Shown: positions 40,847-49,699 of the stretch, one piece after another
Numbering within the stretch: position 1 is the stretch's first letter
Layout: each line of letters begins with the position of its first letter
DNA from: a bacterium
GTDB lineage: Bacteria; Desulfobacterota; Binatia; Binatales; Binataceae
Reading direction: 5' to 3'
DNA length: 64,000 nucleotides
NCBI GenBank assembly: GCA_014896235.1
Contig: JADBKU010000028.1
Location: 83,706-147,705, forward strand
Program-made: the position numbers and the translations under genes
Notes under the pieces: generated by a model
Seen by the model: the letters and a program-made list of their open reading frames with translations, nothing else
What the model was told of the DNA's origin: nothing
Database searches by the model: none

Positions 40847-43144
40847 TTAGTCGGCCGCGGCGGCCTGCGCCTCGCCCGCGGCGCGCTTTTGCAAAATCGC
40901 CTTCAGCACCCGCGGCGGCGACATCGGCAGCTCCGTCATCCTGACGCCGACGGCCCGATAGATCGCATTGGCCAGCGCCGCCGGCGGCGGCACGATCGAA
41001 ACCTCGCCAACCCCGCGGATACCAAGCGGATGCCCTGGCGTCGGCACTTCGACGATAATTGTCTCGATCGGCGGCAGGTCAAGACAAGTCGGCATCCGGT
41101 AATCGAGCAATCCGGTGTTACGCAAGATGCCGCGATCGTCGTAAAAGTATTCTTCGTTGAGACCCCATCCGAGGCCCTGCGCCATTCCACCCTGCATCTG
41201 CCCTTCGACGTACGACGGATGGATCGCTTTGCCGGCATCCTGCGCGATCGTCGCCCGCAGGATTTGGGTCTTGCCGGTGTCGGGATCGACCTCCACGTCA
41301 ACGCAGACCGTGGCGAACGCCGGGCCGACGCCGCGCGCGTTGACCGTGGCGCGGCCCACGATCGGTCCGCCCGTCCGCGCCAGGCGCGGCGCAATTTGCT
41401 TAATCGACATCGGCTTGAGCTCGCCGCCGGGCTGCGCCGGCTTAAGCATCCCGTTCTCGAAGACGACCTCGTCGGGCTTCTTCTCCCAGAGCTTGGCCGC
41501 GCGCTCCTTGAGCTGGCGAACGCAATCCTGCGCGGCTTCGTAAACCGCCCAGCCGGTGGCGAAGCAGGTGCGGCTGCCGCCGGTCACATCGGTATGGCCG
41601 ATCGAGTCGGTGTCCGCGATCGTCGGCCGCACATCGTTGATATCCACGCCGAGCACTTCCGCGGCGATCATCGCCTGCGCCGCGCGCGTGCCGCCGATAT
41701 CGACGGAACCGATTACGACGCTCACCGTGCCGTCGGTATGGATATTAACGGTCGCCGAAGATTGCAGGCCGACGTTGAACCAGAATCCTGACGCCACGCC
41801 GCGGCCGCGATTCGGGCCTGTCAGCTTGGATTTGTAATGGTCGCTGTTCTTTATCGCTTCGACTGTCTCTTTGAAGCCGATTCGCTTGAAAGGCGGTCCG
41901 ACGGTTTGCGGCGTGCCCTCTTCCGATCCGTTAAGCAGGCGCATCTCGAGCGGGTCGATGCCGCACTTCTCGGCCAGCTCGTCCAGCACCGTCTCCGACG
42001 CCATCGCGGCGTTGCTCGCGCCCGGCGCCCGATAGGCCGCCGTCTTCGGCCGATTGACCACGACGTCATAGGCGTCGACGAGGATATTCGGAATGTTGTA
42101 CGGCGCCAAAATCGTCATCGCGCCCGCACCCACCGGCGAGCCCGGAAACGCGCCCGCCTCGTACGCCAGCCAGCACTGCGCCGCGACGATCTTGCCGTCC
42201 TTGGTCGCGCCCATCTTGCACCGGATCGTCGATCCCGAAGTCGGCCCGGTCGCGCGCAGCACTTCCGCCCGCGTCATCGTGAGCTTCACCGGATGGCCGG
42301 TCTTCTGCGACAGCAGCACCGAGAGCGGCTCCAGGTAAATCGTGGTCTTGCCGCCGAAGCCGCCGCCGATTTCCGCGGGAACAACCTTGATTTTGCCCTC
42401 GGGGATGCCAAGCACGGCCGCGCTCAGCGCGCGCACCACGAAGCTGCCCTGGGTCGAGCAATAAATCGTCGCATGGCCGTCGGCATTGTAGATGCCGACC
42501 GCATTATGCGGCTCGATATACCCCTGATGGACCATCGCGGTCTTGAATTCCCGCTCGATCACGTAATCAGCCTGCTTGAAGCCTTCGGCGACGTCGCCGC
42601 GCTTGAACTGCAGATGGGCCGCGACGTTGGTTTCCTTGTCGGGGCCGTCTTCCTTGTTGCGCAGCGACGGCAGCAGGATCGTCGCGCCGGGCTTCATCGC
42701 GTCTTCGACCGTCATCACCGGCGGCAAGAGTTCGTATTCGACCTCGATCAGCCGCAGCGCTTCCTCCGCAATGTGCGGACTGGTCGCGGCGACGGCTGCG
42801 ATCGGATGGCCGTCATAGAGCACTTTGCCCCGCGCCAGGATATTCATCGACAGGTGATTCAGGTTGATCGCCTGCTCGCCCGCCGCTTCCATCTTGTCCG
42901 GCAGCGCCGGCAAATCGGCCGACGTGACGATCGCCTTGACGCCCGGCAGCGCCAGCGCCTTGTCGATTTTGATCGATTTGATGTTGGCATGGGGATGCGG
43001 ACTGCGCAGCACCTTGCCGTACAGCATCCCGGGAAATGCGTAATCGGCGCCGTACTTCGCCCGGCCGGTCACTTTGTCAACGCCGTCGTGCCGAATCGGC
43101 CGCGTGCCGATAACCCTGAAACCATTGGATGATGAAGCCGCCAT
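40847..43144 (-). CDS. Xanthine dehydrogenase/aldehyde oxidase/CODH family molybdopterin-binding large subunit (paralog 2)
   Basis: 765 aa. Colinear with paralog 1 at an estimated 55-60% identity by eye, for example VIGTRPIRHDGVDKVTGRAKYGADYAFPGML against IIGTRPIRPDGVEKVTGRAKYGADYALPGML. Confidence 0.75.
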   Translation of the reverse strand: MAASSSNGFRVIGTRPIRHDGVDKVTGRAKYGADYAFPGMLYGKVLRSPHPHANIKSIKIDKALALPGVKAIVTSADLPALPDKMEAAGEQAINLNHLSMNILARGKVLYDGHPIAAVAATSPHIAEEALRLIEVEYELLPPVMTVEDAMKPGATILLPSLRNKEDGPDKETNVAAHLQFKRGDVAEGFKQADYVIEREFKTAMVHQGYIEPHNAVGIYNADGHATIYCSTQGSFVVRALSAAVLGIPEGKIKVVPAEIGGGFGGKTTIYLEPLSVLLSQKTGHPVKLTMTRAEVLRATGPTSGSTIRCKMGATKDGKIVAAQCWLAYEAGAFPGSPVGAGAMTILAPYNIPNILVDAYDVVVNRPKTAAYRAPGASNAAMASETVLDELAEKCGIDPLEMRLLNGSEEGTPQTVGPPFKRIGFKETVEAIKNSDHYKSKLTGPNRGRGVASGFWFNVGLQSSATVNIHTDGTVSVVIGSVDIGGTRAAQAMIAAEVLGVDINDVRPTIADTDSIGHTDVTGGSRTCFATGWAVYEAAQDCVRQLKERAAKLWEKKPDEVVFENGMLKPAQPGGELKPMSIKQIAPRLARTGGPIVGRATVNARGVGPAFATVCVDVEVDPDTGKTQILRATIAQDAGKAIHPSYVEGQMQGGMAQGLGWGLNEEYFYDDRGILRNTGLLDYRMPTCLDLPPIETIIVEVPTPGHPLGIRGVGEVSIVPPPAALANAIYRAVGVRMTELPMSPPRVLKAILQKRAAGEAQAAAAD

Positions 43145-43705
43145 TTACTTAGCCTCTCCCTTCGCCAGCATCTCGCCGGCCATGCCCGAAGCGGTTTCGG
43201 ACGGAACCGTCCCGTGAGCGGGACGCGTTCGGCCCGCCAGCGCCGCCGCCGCGTCCGTGACCGCGCGCACGATTTTGTCGTAGCCCGTGCAGCGGCACAG
43301 ATTCCCGGCCAGCGCATAGCGGATCTCCGCTTCGGTCGGATTAGGATTGCGATCCAGCAGCGCCTTGGACGACATAAGAAAGCCCGGCGTGCAAATTCCG
43401 CATTGCAGGCTGGCGTGCTCAAGGAACTTCTGCTGCAGCACGTGCAGCGACGTTCCCGAAGCGAGGCCTTCCACCGTGGTGATATTCTTGCCCGTCGCCT
43501 CCACGCCCAGCATCAGGCAGGAGCAGACCGGACGGCCGTCGATCACAACCGTGCAGGCGCCGCAATCGCCGGTCAGGCATCCTTCCTTGCTGCCGGTCAG
43601 CTCCAGCACGTCGCGCAGAACTTCGAGCAGGCTCTGGCGCGGCTCGCACAGCAATTCGACGGGATCGCCGTTGATATTGGTTTCGACAATGACTTTGTTC
43701 GCCAT
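43145..43705 (-). CDS. (2Fe-2S)-binding small subunit (CoxS/XdhC-type iron-sulfur subunit)
   Basis: Plant-type ferredoxin motif CTGDCGACTV and second cluster motif CGICTPGF...CRCTGY. Its stop abuts the start of large-subunit paralog 2. Confidence 0.75.
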   Translation of the reverse strand: MANKVIVETNINGDPVELLCEPRQSLLEVLRDVLELTGSKEGCLTGDCGACTVVIDGRPVCSCLMLGVEATGKNITTVEGLASGTSLHVLQQKFLEHASLQCGICTPGFLMSSKALLDRNPNPTEAEIRYALAGNLCRCTGYDKIVRAVTDAAAALAGRTRPAHGTVPSETASGMAGEMLAKGEAK

Positions 43706-43769
43706 GATTGATGCCGATCTCTTAATTGGTTAGCCAGCCACGGTAACCCCGGTCAAGCGCGGCCCCGGG

Positions 43770-44654
43770 TCAGCGCTGATTCGCCTCGCGCGCTCGCTCG
43801 GCCGCTTTCGCCAGCGCCCGCCGGGTCAACACGCCCACCACGTGGCGGCGGAATTCCGCCGTTCCGCGCATGTCGTCGATCGGCGTCGCGGCCGCGATCG
43901 CGAGGCGCGCCGCGTTTTCGATCGCCGCCGCGTCGAGCGTCTTTCCGATCAGCGATTTCGACGCTTCCGCCGCGAAAATCGGCGTCGGACCGACGGCGCC
44001 AAGCCCGATGCGCGCTTCCACCACCCGATCGTCGGAAACGTCGAGACTCAGCGCGGCGCCCACGCCCACCACCGCGATATCCATCTCATTGCGCGGGATG
44101 AAGCGCAGATAGGCGTCCGACGAATGGCGCTCCGGCGCGGGAATATGGAACTCGACCAGCAATTCGCCGGGCTGCAATACGGTGCGGCCGGGAGCGAGGC
44201 AAAATCCGTCAACCGGGACCATCCGTTCGCCCTTCGGACCGACTATGCGCGCTTGCGCGCCGAGCGCGATCAGCGCCGGCGTGGTGTCGGCCGCGGGCGA
44301 ACCGTTGCACAAGTTGCCCCCGACCGTCGCGCGGCTTTGAATCTGCAGCGAACCGATCAGATGCGCCGCTTCGGTCAGGCCCGGATAGTATTTGCGCATG
44401 TCGCTGTTTTCGTGAATCTCGATACAGGGCACGGCCGCGCCGAGCTTGAGCCCATGCTGCAGGCTGAAAGAAATTCGCCTCAGTTCCGGGATTTTCTTGA
44501 TATCGACGACAAATTCGGGCCGCCGCGTGCCGGCGCGCAATTGGATCAAAAGATCGGTGCCGCCGCTCAGCGGCCGCGCTTTTTCGCCATGTGCGGCGAG
44601 CAGTTTGACCGCCTCGTCGAGGGATTTGGGAGCTTCGTAGTTGATGGCGTGCAA
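43770..44654 (-). CDS. FAD-binding medium subunit (CoxM/XdhB-type, FAD_binding_5)
   Basis: INYEAPKSLDEAVKLLAAH...PLSGGTDLL FAD-binding signature. A TTG start with GGAGG SD is preferred over the longer 44741 start. Confidence 0.65.
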   Translation of the reverse strand: MHAINYEAPKSLDEAVKLLAAHGEKARPLSGGTDLLIQLRAGTRRPEFVVDIKKIPELRRISFSLQHGLKLGAAVPCIEIHENSDMRKYYPGLTEAAHLIGSLQIQSRATVGGNLCNGSPAADTTPALIALGAQARIVGPKGERMVPVDGFCLAPGRTVLQPGELLVEFHIPAPERHSSDAYLRFIPRNEMDIAVVGVGAALSLDVSDDRVVEARIGLGAVGPTPIFAAEASKSLIGKTLDAAAIENAARLAIAAATPIDDMRGTAEFRRHVVGVLTRRALAKAAERAREANQR

Positions 44655-44861
44655 GGCCGCAGACCTCCATTGAACGGACAGCCAGTTCCATCCGGTCGTT
44701 TCAAACGCGCACTGTAGCGCAAAGCGAGCGCCGAAGGCCAACCCGCGGGCCGCGCGGCGCCGGATCGATCGAATCGTTCCGCGGGGGGGCGTCGCCGCCC
44801 GGGGCGCGGGCGCGGAAGTTCTGCGCCCAAATGCGAAAATATCGCTTTCGCGCGACGTCGA

Positions 44862-45974
44862 CTAGTCCCGGAAACCCAGCCGCGACGCGACCCGCGCGGC
44901 CGCCCGCGCCAGAATCGGCGGATGCGCGCCCATCCGCTCGAAGCGCGGATCAGTCGTCTGCCCGCGCACGAAGCGGACGTAAATCTGCTGTAGCACGGTC
45001 GCGGTCTTCCAATGCGCCCAGGCGCGATAAAAATCGATCGACGAAAGATCGCGCCCGCTGCGCCGCGCATAGCGTTCGGTCAGTTGGTCGCGCGTCAGGA
45101 AACCGGGCCGCGTGGTATGCGCGTAGCCCTCGCTCATTTCCAGCATCTCTTCCGGATCGGACGCCTCGCGCCAATAGTTCAGGCTGGTGCCAACGTCGAT
45201 CATCGGATCGCCCAGCGTGGACATCTCCCAGTCAAAGACGCCAACCACTTTTCCGGAATTGTCCGGCGCGAACATCACGTTGTGCAGAAAGAAATCGTTA
45301 TGCAGCAGCGTGGGCGGCTGCGGCGCTGGCATGTTGTCGAGGAACCACGCGCCCAGCTTGTTCATCAGCGGAACTTCGGCGGTTTTCGCCTTCTCCCAGC
45401 GATCCATCCAGCCCGTAATCTGCCGGCGCACGAAACCGTCGGGCCGGCCGAGGCCGCCGAGGCCGAGCTTTTCGTACTCGACCGCATGAAGGTCGGCGAG
45501 CGCGTCGATAAACCCCTCCGACATCGCGCGAAAAGTCTCCGGCGTCTGCGTGATTCCGGGCGGCAGCGGGCGGCGATTCGGAATCACAAACCCGGTCCGG
45601 CGCTGCATCACGAAAAACGGCGCGCCGATAATCGACGGATCCTCGCACAGCAGAATCGCGCGCGGGGCCGGCTCGTAACCTTCCCACAGGCGCGACAGCA
45701 CCCGGTACTCGCGCGCCATGTCGTGGGCCGACGGCGGCAGCGGTCCGAACGGCGGCCGGCGCACGACCCATTCCTGATCGCCAAAACGCAGCAGGTAGGT
45801 CAGGTTGGAATGGCCGCCGCGGAATTGCAGCACTTCCAGCGGCGCGTCGCCCGCGCCCGGCACCTTGTGATCGCGCAGATAAGCGACCAGCTTGGGCCAG
45901 TCGAGCTGTTCCTCGTCGCGCACTTCGCCGTATTCGGGTAGCGGTTGATCTTTGTCTTCGAATTCTTCAGCCAT
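44862..45974 (-). CDS. Aminoglycoside-phosphotransferase-fold kinase (ACAD10/11 N-terminal domain-like, LvaA-like)
   Basis: APH-like motifs (VLQFRGGHSNLTYLL, HNDFFLHNVMF, GVFDWEMSTLGDP). Lies immediately upstream of an ACAD gene on the same strand. Confidence 0.65.
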   Translation of the reverse strand: MAEEFEDKDQPLPEYGEVRDEEQLDWPKLVAYLRDHKVPGAGDAPLEVLQFRGGHSNLTYLLRFGDQEWVVRRPPFGPLPPSAHDMAREYRVLSRLWEGYEPAPRAILLCEDPSIIGAPFFVMQRRTGFVIPNRRPLPPGITQTPETFRAMSEGFIDALADLHAVEYEKLGLGGLGRPDGFVRRQITGWMDRWEKAKTAEVPLMNKLGAWFLDNMPAPQPPTLLHNDFFLHNVMFAPDNSGKVVGVFDWEMSTLGDPMIDVGTSLNYWREASDPEEMLEMSEGYAHTTRPGFLTRDQLTERYARRSGRDLSSIDFYRAWAHWKTATVLQQIYVRFVRGQTTDPRFERMGAHPPILARAAARVASRLGFRD

Positions 45975-46070
45975 CGCAAGACCCGGAAATGGCGGCCGGC
46001 GCGTCGCGCGCCGGCCGCGTTTGGGATATTCCCGTCTATAGCAGAAATCAGCCTTGCCCGCGCATCCGGC

Positions 46071-47270
46071 CTACTGCTTCCAGCGGCGGCATTCGCGCCG
46101 CGCGATGGTCATGCGATGGACTTCGTCGGGACCGTCCACGATGCGCATCGAGCGGTTCTCGCGCCAGAAGCGCGCGATCGGCGTGTCGTCGCTCATGCCG
46201 AGCGCGCCGTGCAACTGGATCGCGCGATCCAGCACCTCCATCACCATGTTGGCCGCCATCACCTTGATCATCGCGACTTCCTGGCGCGCCTGCGCCTTGC
46301 CGACGGTGTCGATCTTCCATGCCGCCTGCATGACCATCAGGCGCGTCGCGTCGATCGCGATCCGCGAGTCGGCGATCCATTGCTGCACGTTGGCCTTGTC
46401 GGCGAGCAGGCTGCCGTGCGTCCAGCGCGTGTTGGCGCGCTTGCACATCAGTTCGAGCGCGCGCTCGGCCACGCCGATATTGCGCATGCAGTGATGAATC
46501 CGGCCGGGGCCGAGACGGGCCTGCGCGATTTTGAAGCCGTCGCCCTCGTTGCCGAGCACGTTGGTCACCGGCACGCGGCAATCCTTGTAGATGATTTCGC
46601 AATGGCCGCCGCCGCCCGCGTGGCCCATCACCGGCACCGCGCGCACCAGGTTGAAGCCGGGGGTGTCGGTCGGAACGATGATCATGCTGGCGCGGCGATG
46701 CGGCTCGGCGTTGGGATCGGTCACCACCATCGCGATCGCGAAGCTCGAACCGATCGCATTGGAAGTGAACCACTTGTGGCCGTTAATTACGTAATAGTCC
46801 CCGTCACGCACGGCGCGCGTCGCCAACTGGGTCGGATCGGAACCGGGCGTCTCCGGCTCGGTCATCGAAAAACAGGTGCGCATCTCGCCTTCGAGGCAGG
46901 GGTCGAGCCAGCGTTTTTTCTGCTCGGGCGTCGCAAAATCCTCAAGGATTTCCATATTGCCGGTATCCGGCGCCATGCAGTTGAACGCCCGCGCGCCGAT
47001 CGGGCTGCGGCCCATGATTTCGCAGAGCGGGGCGTATTCCGCCACTTTGAGGCCCTTGCCGTGCACCTCGTCAGGCAGGAACAGATTCCAGAGGCCGGCG
47101 GCCTTGGCTTTCTTGCGAACATCCTTGAGCACCTGCGGCTCGACATGCTCCTTGCCGGGCACGTTCATTTCCTGCTCGACCTGATGTTCGATCGGATAGA
47201 CGTGCTCATTCATGAAATCGGAGACTTTCTTTTGCAGCTCCTGAACCTTGGGGGAAAGCGAAAAATCCAT
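46071..47270 (-). CDS. Acyl-CoA dehydrogenase (ACAD10/11 C-terminal-like, LvaC-like)
   Basis: 399 aa, full ACAD fold (TEPETPGSDPTQLATRAV, YYVINGHKWFTSNA). GAGGAG SD. Confidence 0.75.
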   Translation of the reverse strand: MDFSLSPKVQELQKKVSDFMNEHVYPIEHQVEQEMNVPGKEHVEPQVLKDVRKKAKAAGLWNLFLPDEVHGKGLKVAEYAPLCEIMGRSPIGARAFNCMAPDTGNMEILEDFATPEQKKRWLDPCLEGEMRTCFSMTEPETPGSDPTQLATRAVRDGDYYVINGHKWFTSNAIGSSFAIAMVVTDPNAEPHRRASMIIVPTDTPGFNLVRAVPVMGHAGGGGHCEIIYKDCRVPVTNVLGNEGDGFKIAQARLGPGRIHHCMRNIGVAERALELMCKRANTRWTHGSLLADKANVQQWIADSRIAIDATRLMVMQAAWKIDTVGKAQARQEVAMIKVMAANMVMEVLDRAIQLHGALGMSDDTPIARFWRENRSMRIVDGPDEVHRMTIARRECRRWKQ

Positions 47271-47459
47271 CTGGCTCCTCGCGAACTTGAATGCATTGCC
47301 AGTCTTATCCCTTCACCGGCGCACATTCCAGACTCGGCGTCGGCGACAGGCGCCGCTCCGATTCGCGACAGGCTCCTGCCGAATCCTGTATTCTCGCGCC
47401 ACATTTTGCTAAGTCACGCTGGCGAAGACGCGCGGCCTTAGCCGCCGGAGGCGAATCTT

Positions 47460-48164
47460 ATGGAACTGGCCAAACCAACTATCGACATCGGCATCTTCAC
47501 TAATCAGCTCGAGCCGATGCAGGAATTTTACGGCAAGAAACTCGGCTTGCAGTTCGAATCGGTGCTGCCGGTGGGGGGCGGTTTCAAGCAATATCGCTAT
47601 CTGGCGAACGGCTCGGTGATCAAACTGATGCATACCCAGGCGCCGCTGCGGCGACGGCGGCCGGGCGGCTACGAGACCATCATGCTGGCGGCGCCCTCGG
47701 CGATTCGGGCCGAACCGCTGCCCGATCCCGACGACAACACCATCTTGCTGGTGCCGCCGGGCCGCGACGACGTGACGCAGATTGAACTGCGCGTCGGCGT
47801 GGTGGACCCCGATGCTCACATGGAGTTTTACCAGAAGGCGCTGGGCGCGGCCGATTTCAATCGCAACCGGGTCAAGCTGGGCGAATCGATCGTCGCCTTC
47901 TATCACGAACCGGTGGTGAAAAAAGCCACCAGCCAACCCTTCGCCAATCCGATGGAAGTGATTCAGGCGATGGCCGAACTGGGCATCCAGTACATCACGC
48001 TCGGCGTCAAGGATTGCAACGCAGCGTTTGCGGCGGCAATCGCGGCGGGAGCGGCGGAGGCGGTTAAACCGGCGAATTTCGGTACGGTCGCGCGCATCGC
48101 TTTTGTCCGCGATCCCGACGGCAACTTTATCGAGTTGGCGCAGCGTCCCGCGCCGGCGGCCTGA
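47460..48164 (+). CDS. VOC (glyoxalase/bleomycin-resistance/dioxygenase) family protein, two-module
   Basis: Two beta-alpha-beta-beta-beta modules. C-terminal DPDGNFIEL motif. Confidence 0.55.
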   Translation: MELAKPTIDIGIFTNQLEPMQEFYGKKLGLQFESVLPVGGGFKQYRYLANGSVIKLMHTQAPLRRRRPGGYETIMLAAPSAIRAEPLPDPDDNTILLVPPGRDDVTQIELRVGVVDPDAHMEFYQKALGAADFNRNRVKLGESIVAFYHEPVVKKATSQPFANPMEVIQAMAELGIQYITLGVKDCNAAFAAAIAAGAAEAVKPANFGTVARIAFVRDPDGNFIELAQRPAPAA

Positions 48165-48330
48165 ACGAATCGCGCCGGGCGCCAAGCGCGGCGCCCGGCG
48201 CCAAACGCAAAACCGACCGGGGTGGACGGCTTCAACCGTCCACCCCGCCGGCTATTCAGAACCTTGCGACGGGCGACCGCGCGTCTCCATCAACGAGATC
48301 GCTGGCGCCCTGATAGAAATGAATTGATTA

Positions 48331-49539
48331 TCATCCCCAGCGGGAGCGGGCGCGGCGGCGCGGCGCGCGCAGCGACCCTGAGCGGAACAGCTTGACCGGC
48401 TTCGGCGCGGTGACCTGCGGCTGATCGAAACCCTCGACATACTCGCGTTCCAGCGTAAGTCCGAGCGCCCGTTCGATCCGTCCAAGGTTCACGCGATCCT
48501 CCGGCGTCACCAAGCTGATCGCGCATCCCTCGCGGCCCATCCGGGCGGTCCGGCCGATCCGATGAATATAGTTTTCGGGTTCTTCGGGCAGGTCGAAATT
48601 GATTACGTGCGAGACGCCGTGGATATCGAGGCCGCGCGCCGCCACGTCGGTCGCGACCATCACGCGATAGCTCCCGCGCCTGAATCCGGCGAGCGCCGCG
48701 TTGCGCTGGCCTTGCGAGCGTTCGCCGTGAATCGGAATCGCGCGGACTCCCGCCCGCGCCAGCATCCGCGCCACGCGATCGGTGCGATCGCGCGTGCGAG
48801 TGAAAACGATCGCGCTTTCGACCTCGGGCCGTTTCAACAGCGCGAGCAGCACCTCGCCTTTTTGAGCGTTGGTGACGGGACATACGGATTGGATAATCGA
48901 GGCGGGTGGGAGCGCCTTTTCGCCCACGCTGACGCGCTCGGGATCGCGCAGGAACTCGCGCGCCATCCGATTCGCCGCCGACTCCATGGTCGCCGAAAAC
49001 ATCAATGTCTGACGTTCCGCCGGCGCCATCCGCATGATTCGCCTGAGCTGCGGCATAAAGCCCATGTCGAGCAGGCGATCGGCCTCGTCGATGACGACGA
49101 CCTTCAGCTTGTCGAGCGTGGTCACGCCGCGCTCCAGATGGTCGATCAGCCGGCCGGGACAGGCGATCAAGACATCGACGCCCTTTTCCAGATCATGAAT
49201 CTGACGACGCATCGATTCGCCGCCGACGATCAATGCGGCGCGAATCCCGGTATGACGCGCCAGCAGCATGAATTCGCGCTCGACCTGCGCCGCCAACTCG
49301 CGCGTCGGCTCGATGATCAGCGCCGACGGCCGCTCCGGGCGCTCGCGATGGAGCCGGTCGAGCAGCGGAATCAGGAACGCCGCGGTCTTGCCGCTGCCGG
49401 TTTCGGCGGTGGCTACGATATCGCGCCCGGCGAGAATCACGGGAATCGCCGAGGACTGAATCGGCGTCGGTTGATGATGCCCGCGGTCGCGAATCGAACG
49501 ATGGATTTCTGGCGTGAGTTCTAATGCGGAAAAAGACAA
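48331..49539 (-). CDS. DEAD-box ATP-dependent RNA helicase (RhlE-like) with Arg-rich C-tail
   Basis: Q motif, Walker A AETGSGKT, DEAD (VVIDEADRLLDMGF), SAT, HRIGRTARMG. Confidence 0.8.
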   Translation of the reverse strand: MSFSALELTPEIHRSIRDRGHHQPTPIQSSAIPVILAGRDIVATAETGSGKTAAFLIPLLDRLHRERPERPSALIIEPTRELAAQVEREFMLLARHTGIRAALIVGGESMRRQIHDLEKGVDVLIACPGRLIDHLERGVTTLDKLKVVVIDEADRLLDMGFMPQLRRIMRMAPAERQTLMFSATMESAANRMAREFLRDPERVSVGEKALPPASIIQSVCPVTNAQKGEVLLALLKRPEVESAIVFTRTRDRTDRVARMLARAGVRAIPIHGERSQGQRNAALAGFRRGSYRVMVATDVAARGLDIHGVSHVINFDLPEEPENYIHRIGRTARMGREGCAISLVTPEDRVNLGRIERALGLTLEREYVEGFDQPQVTAPKPVKLFRSGSLRAPRRRARSRWG

Positions 49540-49699
49540 TTTTTACCTTCGGTGGGACTGGGCGCGGAAATTTGACTTGCTTGAGTCCAAGCCGCGCTTG
49601 AAGTGCGATCTGCGTGGGTACATTCCCAAACGCATCGTGTCCATAAATTATTCTTATTTATAAGAGTACCGATACCGAGCCGCCAAGGCAATCACGCCC

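Noticed and set aside
38732-43132. Two long plus-strand ORFs (578 aa and 431 aa) antisense to the XDH-family large subunits
   Set aside because: Both are Arg/His/Asp-rich antisense artefacts of high-GC coding sequence. The minus-strand genes carry clear family motifs.
45945-47441. 498-aa plus-strand ORF antisense to the ACAD gene
   Set aside because: Antisense artefact. The ACAD frame has a GAGGAG SD and full-length fold.
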